Notes under the pieces: generated by a model
Databases searched by the model: none
Told to the model about the DNA's origin: nothing
What the model saw: the letters and a program-made list of their open reading frames with translations, nothing else
Made by a program: the position numbers and the translations under genes
Assembly: GCA_027018875.1 (NCBI GenBank)
Contig: JALUYA010000032.1
Span: 26,567-90,566, forward strand
Length of the DNA: 64,000 nucleotides
DNA from: Gammaproteobacteria bacterium
GTDB lineage: Bacteria; Pseudomonadota; Gammaproteobacteria; JAKDMP01
Direction of reading: 5' to 3'
In this document: one piece after another, positions 58,294-64,000 of the stretch
Layout of the letters: each line of letters starts with the position of its first letter
Position numbering within the stretch: position 1 is the stretch's first letter

Positions 58294-59475
58294 ATGACCA
58301 CGGAGAAAAAGCCACGAACCCGAAAGAAACCGCGAACGGCCAAGCCCGCGGCGCGCAAGAAGACCGCACCCGGCAAACCAGCGGATAGGGTAAAGGATGC
58401 GCCCGCAGCGACGCTCTCCCAGGACGAAACCGATCAAACCGTCCAGAATGCCCAGCCGGGCACCGCGCAAATCCAAGAAGAACGCCTGCTCTCCCAGGAC
58501 GAAATCGATACCCTGCTCTCCGCCATCGATGGCGGAGATATCGGCAAGGAAACGGATCAGATCGAACCGCAGGAGGGGGATATTCAGCCCTATGATCTTA
58601 CCCGGCAGCACCAGAAAAACATGCACTTTCCCGGCCTGGAACTGCTCAACGAACGCTTCGCCCGACGCTTCCGGATCGCTTTGCTGAGCTTGCTGCGCTG
58701 CGCAATCGAAATCAAGCCCACCCCGCTGCGCCCACAAACCTTCACGCAGTTCATGAACCAGCTTCCCATGCCGACGTGCCTGAACATCGTCAATGTGCGC
58801 CCCCTTTACGGCTCGGCCATGTTCGTATTCGACACCCAGCTCGTCTATACCCTGGTCGATATTTACTTCGGGGGCTCCGGGCGCACCCCCATCAAGGCCG
58901 AAGGGCGCGACTTCACCCCCACGGAAATCCGGGTCGTGCGGGCCATCCTGCGACAGGCCTTCGCCGATCTGTCCGCCGTCTGGGACCCGATCTCCCCGCT
59001 TCGGTTCCAGTATGACCGGTTCGAGCAGAACCCCCGCTTTGCCACCATCCTGGGCCCGGATGAACTGGTCTTGGAGTCCGGTTTCACCCTGAATGTGGGC
59101 GGCAGCAGCGGGGTTTTTCGCGTTCTTTTCCCCCTGACCATGCTCGAACCCGTGCAGCAACTGCTCGCCACCACCTACCAGGAAACCATACCGGAACAGG
59201 CCAATGAGACCTCCATTCACCTCTCTTCCCTGGAGGGGATCGACATCGAGGCCGTATGCGAATTCGGCACGCTATCCCTGAGCGTGGGCCAACTGCTGTC
59301 CCTGAAGCCCGGAGCGGTCATTCCCCTCGAGCCCACGAGTCACCCGCAATTGAGGATCTCCGGCCTGGTCATTGCCCAGGGACAGGCCGGCATGAAGGAC
59401 GGCAACCTGGGCTTCCGGGTAGAATCGATGGAATCCATCGAACCTGAACCGCCGGCCCCGAGTCAACACCCATGA
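58294..59475 (+). CDS. fliM: FliM-like flagellar motor switch protein with 65-aa basic N-terminal extension
   Basis: 393 aa; [13 protein letters not shown] CheY-P-binding motif (plus an upstream partial copy [10 protein letters not shown]), middle domain [21 protein letters not shown] (cf. E. coli LEIINERFARHFRMGLFNLLR), C-terminal FliN/SpoA-like domain; stop overlaps cheY start (ATGA). Confidence 0.75.
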   Translation: MTTEKKPRTRKKPRTAKPAARKKTAPGKPADRVKDAPAATLSQDETDQTVQNAQPGTAQIQEERLLSQDEIDTLLSAIDGGDIGKETDQIEPQEGDIQPYDLTRQHQKNMHFPGLELLNERFARRFRIALLSLLRCAIEIKPTPLRPQTFTQFMNQLPMPTCLNIVNVRPLYGSAMFVFDTQLVYTLVDIYFGGSGRTPIKAEGRDFTPTEIRVVRAILRQAFADLSAVWDPISPLRFQYDRFEQNPRFATILGPDELVLESGFTLNVGGSSGVFRVLFPLTMLEPVQQLLATTYQETIPEQANETSIHLSSLEGIDIEAVCEFGTLSLSVGQLLSLKPGAVIPLEPTSHPQLRISGLVIAQGQAGMKDGNLGFRVESMESIEPEPPAPSQHP

Positions 59476-59867
59476 AACGCCAAAACCTGTCCATCCTCGT
59501 AGTCGATGACTTCGCCACCATGCGCCGGATCGTTCGCAGCCTGCTCGCCGAGCTGGGTTACACGAAAGTCATGGAGGCCGAAGACGGCCTGCAAGCGCTC
59601 TCGGTACTCCGCACCCAGCCCATCGATTTCGTGATTTCCGACTGGAACATGCCCCGGATGCAGGGTATCGATATGCTTCGGGCTATTCGTGCGGACCAGG
59701 CGCTGGCCCATATTCCGGTGTTGATGGTCACGGCCGAGGCCAAGCGGGAACAGATCGTCGCCGCCGTCCAGGCCGGGGTCAACGGCTATGTGGTCAAGCC
59801 TTTCACCGCCGTGACGTTAAAGGAGAAGATGAGCCGGATCTTCGAACGGTTGGAGGGAAGCGCCTGA
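59472..59867 (+). CDS. cheY: chemotaxis response regulator CheY
   Basis: 131 aa [25 protein letters not shown]...[24 protein letters not shown]...[32 protein letters not shown]. Confidence 0.9.
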   Translation: MKRQNLSILVVDDFATMRRIVRSLLAELGYTKVMEAEDGLQALSVLRTQPIDFVISDWNMPRMQGIDMLRAIRADQALAHIPVLMVTAEAKREQIVAAVQAGVNGYVVKPFTAVTLKEKMSRIFERLEGSA

Positions 59868-59913
59868 CCCGAGCCGGCTCGAGACCCCGCAATAGTCTGA
59901 GCTGGGAGGCGGC

Positions 59914-61803
59914 ATGGGCGAACTGGAACAAGAGCTGTTACAGGACTTTCTGGTCGAGGGCCGGGAACTTCTCGAAAATCTCGATGAAAACCTGGTCGAT
60001 CTGGAACAACGGCCGAACGACGAGGAACTGCTGAACGCGGTCTTCCGGGGGTTCCATACCCTGAAGGGGGGTGCCGGATTTCTGGGTATCGCCCCGATGG
60101 TCAATCTCTGTCATCGGGCCGAGGCACTGCTGGATCGCCTGCGCCAGGGCGAGCTACGCATCGACGCCCCCCTCATGGACACCATCCTGACCGCACTCGA
60201 CGCGACCAAGGCGATGTTCGCCACCCTGGAACAAGGGAAAAAGCCGGAAGATCCCGATCCCTCGCTGTACGCGCAATTGGATCATTACGTATCCGCCCCG
60301 GGAGCGGAACCCGAAACCGGGACGGAGGCGGTTCCGCAAGCCCCCCCGCAGACCGGTGGAACCGGGGGGGTGAGTTTTGAAACCCTGCTGGCCGAGGCGG
60401 CCAATGCGGATCCGCCACCGGGCACGGATGAAGCGATAAGCGATGAGGAATTTGAAACCTTACTGGACGGGATGTACGGTCCCGGCGCGGCCCCCGGAGT
60501 TGCTCAAACCCGGGAGCCATCCCCTGTGCAGCAAGCTTCACACTCCAGGGAAAACACAGAAAATACTCCGCCCGTTCCATCGTCACCGCACCCGGAAAAA
60601 ATTTCCGTACCGAAACCTCCTACGGAAAACACGATCCGGGTGGACGCCAAACGCCTCGACGAGTGTCTGAACCTGGTGGGTGAGCTGGTGCTCACCCGCA
60701 ATCGCCTGTTTACCCTGGCCGAGAAATCCATGGGTGCAAGCTATGCCGATGTGCTCGCCAACATGGACCAGATCACTTCCGGTCTCCAGAATGCCATCCT
60801 GAAGCTGAGGATGCAGCCGATTCAACGCGTTTTTTCCCGTTTTCACCGGGTGGTGCGCGACCTGGCGCGCCACCTCGGCAAGGAGGTTCGCCTGGAGTTG
60901 ATCGGCGAGGAAACCGAGGTGGACCGCAGGGTCATCGAAGAACTGGCCGACCCGCTGACCCATCTACTGCGCAACGGCCTGGATCATGGGATCGAACCTC
61001 CCGATGAGCGCGAGGCCCTGAACAAGCCCCGCGAGGGTCGCCTGACGCTTCGCGCCTCCCAGCAGGGCGACCACATCCTGATCGAGATGATCGATGACGG
61101 GCGCGGCATCGACCCCGATCGATTGCGCCGGGCGGCGGTGGAAAAGGGCCTTATCGGCGTCGACAACATCGGCGATATCAGCGACGAGGAGGCCTACGAT
61201 CTGATGTTTCTGCCGGGTTTTTCCACCCGGGCCCAGGTTTCCGACATTTCCGGGCGTGGGGTCGGCATGGACGTCGTCCGTAACGGCATCACCAACCTGA
61301 ACGGTAATATCCAGGTTCGCTCGGAGCCCGGCAAGGGCAGCTGTTTTCGCATCACCCTGCCGCTCACCCTGACGATCCTGCCCACCCTGATCGTCGGCGT
61401 GAATGGCCAACGCTTCGCCTTCCCCCTGTCGCGCGTACGCGAAGTAACCCGCCTATCGGAACACCATCAACACCGGGTCGGACACCGCAGCACCCTGGTC
61501 TTTCGCGGCCAGACCGTGGTCCTGTTCGATCTGCGCCGGGAACTGGGTGAGCGGCGAAACTCCGAAAATCCCCCCCCGGAGGCAAACCCCCAGGTCCTGA
61601 TCATCGAGGCGGCCAACCGCACGGCCGCCATATTCGTCGATACGATCCTCGGCCAACAGGATGTGGTCGTCAAGCCCCTGGCCGTGGAGCTGACCTCCAC
61701 CACGGGAATTTCCGGGTCATCTATCACCGGCGATGGACGCATTGTCCTGATCCTGGATCTGGACGAACTCGTCCGCTCCCTGCTACTGGAGCGGGCCGCT
61801 TGA
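59914..61803 (+). CDS. cheA: chemotaxis histidine kinase CheA
   Basis: 629 aa; HPt P1 domain FRGFHTLKGGAGFLG, dimerisation/HATPase (HLLRNGLDHGIE, DDGRGID, GRGVGMDVV), C-terminal CheW-like domain. Confidence 0.9.
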   Translation: MGELEQELLQDFLVEGRELLENLDENLVDLEQRPNDEELLNAVFRGFHTLKGGAGFLGIAPMVNLCHRAEALLDRLRQGELRIDAPLMDTILTALDATKAMFATLEQGKKPEDPDPSLYAQLDHYVSAPGAEPETGTEAVPQAPPQTGGTGGVSFETLLAEAANADPPPGTDEAISDEEFETLLDGMYGPGAAPGVAQTREPSPVQQASHSRENTENTPPVPSSPHPEKISVPKPPTENTIRVDAKRLDECLNLVGELVLTRNRLFTLAEKSMGASYADVLANMDQITSGLQNAILKLRMQPIQRVFSRFHRVVRDLARHLGKEVRLELIGEETEVDRRVIEELADPLTHLLRNGLDHGIEPPDEREALNKPREGRLTLRASQQGDHILIEMIDDGRGIDPDRLRRAAVEKGLIGVDNIGDISDEEAYDLMFLPGFSTRAQVSDISGRGVGMDVVRNGITNLNGNIQVRSEPGKGSCFRITLPLTLTILPTLIVGVNGQRFAFPLSRVREVTRLSEHHQHRVGHRSTLVFRGQTVVLFDLRRELGERRNSENPPPEANPQVLIIEAANRTAAIFVDTILGQQDVVVKPLAVELTSTTGISGSSITGDGRIVLILDLDELVRSLLLERAA

Positions 61804-62582
61804 GACGCTTTGCGGTCGTCAACCAGAAGGGCGGGGTCGGCAAGACCACGACCGCTCTCAGCCTGGGCGCCCTGCTCGCCCGCGATCACGCTCCGGTACT
61901 CTTGGTGGACCTGGATCCACACGGATCGCTTACGACCTATTTCGGCCTGGATCCCGATCGGGTTCAAGCCGGAAGCCAGAGCTTGTTCGACGTGCCTCCG
62001 GGCACCGATTTTCCGCCCTTGGAATCCCTCGCGGTGCCTACCGGTACGCCGAATCTCATCCTCCTGCCCGCCGCCAGCACCCTGGCGACGATCGAGCGAC
62101 GCCTGGCCTCGGCCGTCGGCACAGGCCTGGTTCTGCGCACGGCAATCGAAAAATCCGGGTCGGATTTCAGCCACATCCTGATCGACACCCCCCCCACCCT
62201 GGGGGTACTCATGATCAACGCGCTGGCCGCCTGTGAACAGGTCATCATTCCCGCGCAAACCGACTATCTCGCCCTGCGGGGACTCGACCTGGTTTCCCGC
62301 ACCCTCGAGCGAGTACGCAAAACCCGTCACTGGCCCTTGCCCGAGTTGATCGTTCCCACTTTCTACGATCGCCGCACCAAGGCCTCCGAGGCCGGCCTCG
62401 CCGAACTCAAGCGCCGCTACCCGGAACGGCTTTGGCCCGATGTGATTCCCATCGACAGCGGCATCCGCAATGCCAGTGCCGCGGGCATTCCCTATCCCGC
62501 GTACAATCCCCGGGGCAAGGCCACCCGGGCCTATGAACGGCTTCTCTCCCATTTGTTGCCCCGGGAGGGAAATACCGAGTAA
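61800..62582 (+). CDS. ParA/MinD-family ATPase, chemotaxis-cluster type (ParC-like)
   Basis: 260 aa from TTG overlapping cheA stop; deviant Walker A VVNQKGGVGKTTTAL; position between cheA and cheW genes as for ParC. Confidence 0.7.
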   Translation: MRRFAVVNQKGGVGKTTTALSLGALLARDHAPVLLVDLDPHGSLTTYFGLDPDRVQAGSQSLFDVPPGTDFPPLESLAVPTGTPNLILLPAASTLATIERRLASAVGTGLVLRTAIEKSGSDFSHILIDTPPTLGVLMINALAACEQVIIPAQTDYLALRGLDLVSRTLERVRKTRHWPLPELIVPTFYDRRTKASEAGLAELKRRYPERLWPDVIPIDSGIRNASAAGIPYPAYNPRGKATRAYERLLSHLLPREGNTE

Positions 62583-62696
62583 CCTCTACCCCGGGCCGGG
62601 GCCGGCCGAGCCTTCAGATTCTATCTTTTGTAACGTATGTAAAATGGTAATTTATTTTTCAACCCGTGGCTCCCATGCCGATCCAGGAGATTATGC

Positions 62697-63041
62697 ATGT
62701 CACACAGAATTCCCGCGGCCTCGATTTTGATCCTGTCCCTGTTGCTGCCCTCCAGTGCCTGGGCCATCGGCAGTCGTGTGCAAAATACCCTGCTGCAGGC
62801 GGCCGTAATCGGCGGCAATGCCAAGGCTTGCGGCATTGCCACCAAGGCGCTGATTCAAACCTTTGACCGGACATTGTTCCACCTGGGCGTCGGCGTGGTT
62901 GAACAGCAACAACTCAAGGGGGCCTTCCGCTATGCGTTCAACCTCGGCATTCAGCGCCAACTGGCCGCCGGTAATAAAAATTGCGGTAGCGTCAAAGAAC
63001 GGTTGGCCGACTCGATCGCCCAATTAAAAGCCCTGCACTAA
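62697..63041 (+). CDS. hypothetical small secreted protein
   Basis: 114 aa; signal peptide MSHRIPAASILILSLLLPSSAWA; AGGAG RBS 7 nt upstream; preceded by an unusually AT-rich promoter-like island 62610-62680; two Cys (possible disulfide). Confidence 0.45.
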   Translation: MSHRIPAASILILSLLLPSSAWAIGSRVQNTLLQAAVIGGNAKACGIATKALIQTFDRTLFHLGVGVVEQQQLKGAFRYAFNLGIQRQLAAGNKNCGSVKERLADSIAQLKALH

Positions 63042-63076
63042 ATCGCTTTGGGTAGCGGCGCAGGCACGGGGAAATA

Positions 63077-63550
63077 ATGAACACAGCAACCAATATCATC
63101 CAGAACTATCTCTCGGATCTGCTGCAGGAGCCGCCACAGGCAGCGCCCGATCCGGATCGCTACCGCATGGTTACGCTGGCGGGCCTGCGCCTGCTGCTGC
63201 CACCCCCCTACGCGGATCGGGTCTCGACCTCCCCCGCGGCGATACCACCCGGGCGCCGCGTCGATATCCGCCCCGTGCTATTCCCCGAAGGACATCCCGC
63301 CAGGCTCCACCAGGAGCAGGCACGCTGCTGGCTGGAACTCCCCGAACCCGGGCTGGTTCTATGGTTTGGAGCGGACAAGGGCCTGCGGCACATCGATCCC
63401 GAATCGCTCGCCGTCCCGGGGACACCGACCCAACGCCCCTGGCTCCTGGCCACGGTTGCCGACCTCAAGGCCGCCATAATCGATCCCAGCCGGTTGATTG
63501 AATGCCTGCAACCGGATCCGATAGTAAATTCAGAGGATTCACCGATATGA
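63077..63550 (+). CDS. divergent CheW-like domain protein (possible ParP-like coupling protein)
   Basis: 157 aa; weak CheW-like pattern (MVTLAGLRLLLPPPYADRV ... GLVLWFGADKGLRHIDPESLAVPG); stop overlaps cheW start (ATGA). Confidence 0.45.
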   Translation: MNTATNIIQNYLSDLLQEPPQAAPDPDRYRMVTLAGLRLLLPPPYADRVSTSPAAIPPGRRVDIRPVLFPEGHPARLHQEQARCWLELPEPGLVLWFGADKGLRHIDPESLAVPGTPTQRPWLLATVADLKAAIIDPSRLIECLQPDPIVNSEDSPI

Positions 63551-64000
63551 ATATCCCACCGGATGACACCGCCAAGCCGCTGGCCGCACTGGTCTTTACC
63601 GTGGGCGGAGAATATTATCTTGCCGATGTCCTGGCACTGCGCGAAGTTATCAAGGCCACGGACGAAATCGTTGCGGTCGCCGGCGCCGCCCCCGCCATCC
63701 TCGGGGTAATGAATCTGCGCGGTAATGTCATCACGGTATTCGACCTGCGCAAGCTACTGGGAGTCGAATCGGCGCAAACCACGGACAACTCCATCATCGT
63801 GGTCTCCCTGGAGGATCATTATGTAGGCCTGATGGTGGACGACGTGTCCACGGTGCTGCAGATCGATGCCCACTCCATCGAACCGCCCCCGGACCTGGGC
63901 GTCCAACATGGCCCCCGCTTGATCCAGGGGCTGGTTCAACGAGACGGAACGCTATACCAGCTTCTGGATCTCGATGCCCTGCCCTTGCGGGAAGAAACGA
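63547..64000 (+). CDS. cheW: chemotaxis coupling protein CheW (3' end beyond window)
   Basis: Translation from ATG 63547: MNIPPDDTAKPLAALVFTVGGEYYLADVLALREVIKATDEIVAVAGAAPAILGVMNLRGNVITVFDLRKLLG...DNSIIVVSLEDHYVGLMVDDVSTVLQIDAHSIEPPPDLG canonical CheW; no stop before window end. Confidence 0.8.
   Translation, partial: MNIPPDDTAKPLAALVFTVGGEYYLADVLALREVIKATDEIVAVAGAAPAILGVMNLRGNVITVFDLRKLLGVESAQTTDNSIIVVSLEDHYVGLMVDDVSTVLQIDAHSIEPPPDLGVQHGPRLIQGLVQRDGTLYQLLDLDALPLREET

Overview
This is a high-GC, gene-dense chromosomal window from a bacterium with Pseudomonas-like synteny, probably a gammaproteobacterium. All calls rest on reading the sequence and ORF translations; no database searches were run.

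First ~25 kb, housekeeping: a partial TauE/SafE exporter gene and an ArsR regulator; a SAM methyltransferase; the branched-chain amino-acid ABC transporter livFGMH plus its binding protein; nadC; gor; a VOC/glyoxalase gene; aroE; hemB; mnmE; the hemYXDC cluster directly downstream of an overlapping algZ/algR-like two-component pair; speA and speE divergently arranged; a DUF4124 gene; glnB; ubiK; yifB/comM.

25.2-30 kb: a decayed thiolase pseudogene remnant, then a divergent c-di-GMP pair. One is a sensor protein with a degenerate GGDEF motif (GADEF) and an intact EAL domain. The other is an HDOD protein with a degenerate EAL domain.

30-54 kb, a very compact flagellar region on the minus strand: flgBCDEFGHIJ, an extra FlgN-like gene, flgK, flgL, a two-gene glycosylation island, fliC, flaG, fliD, fliS and an unknown gene. 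The glycosylation island is a 438-aa methyltransferase and a 1525-aa five-domain protein (GT4, sulfotransferase-like, GT2, GT2, GT-B); it sits between flgL and fliC. Divergently on the plus strand lie flgA, flgM, flgN and an overlapping csrA-fliW pair. I infer sigma54 promoters for flgB and flgA and a sigma28 promoter for flgM.

54-64 kb, a chemotaxis cluster: cheB, an MCP with a C-terminal DFVSF pentapeptide-like tether, cheR, a FliM-like gene with a basic N-terminal extension directly coupled to cheY, cheA, a ParA-like ParC, a small secreted protein behind an AT-rich promoter-like island, a CheW-like gene and a partial cheW. No cheZ is visible.

No rRNA, tRNA, CRISPR, IS or integrase features were found.

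Most novel candidates:
- The GT/sulfotransferase megaprotein in the flagellin glycosylation island.
- The FliM-like gene inside the che operon.
- The csrA-fliW module next to flgMN.
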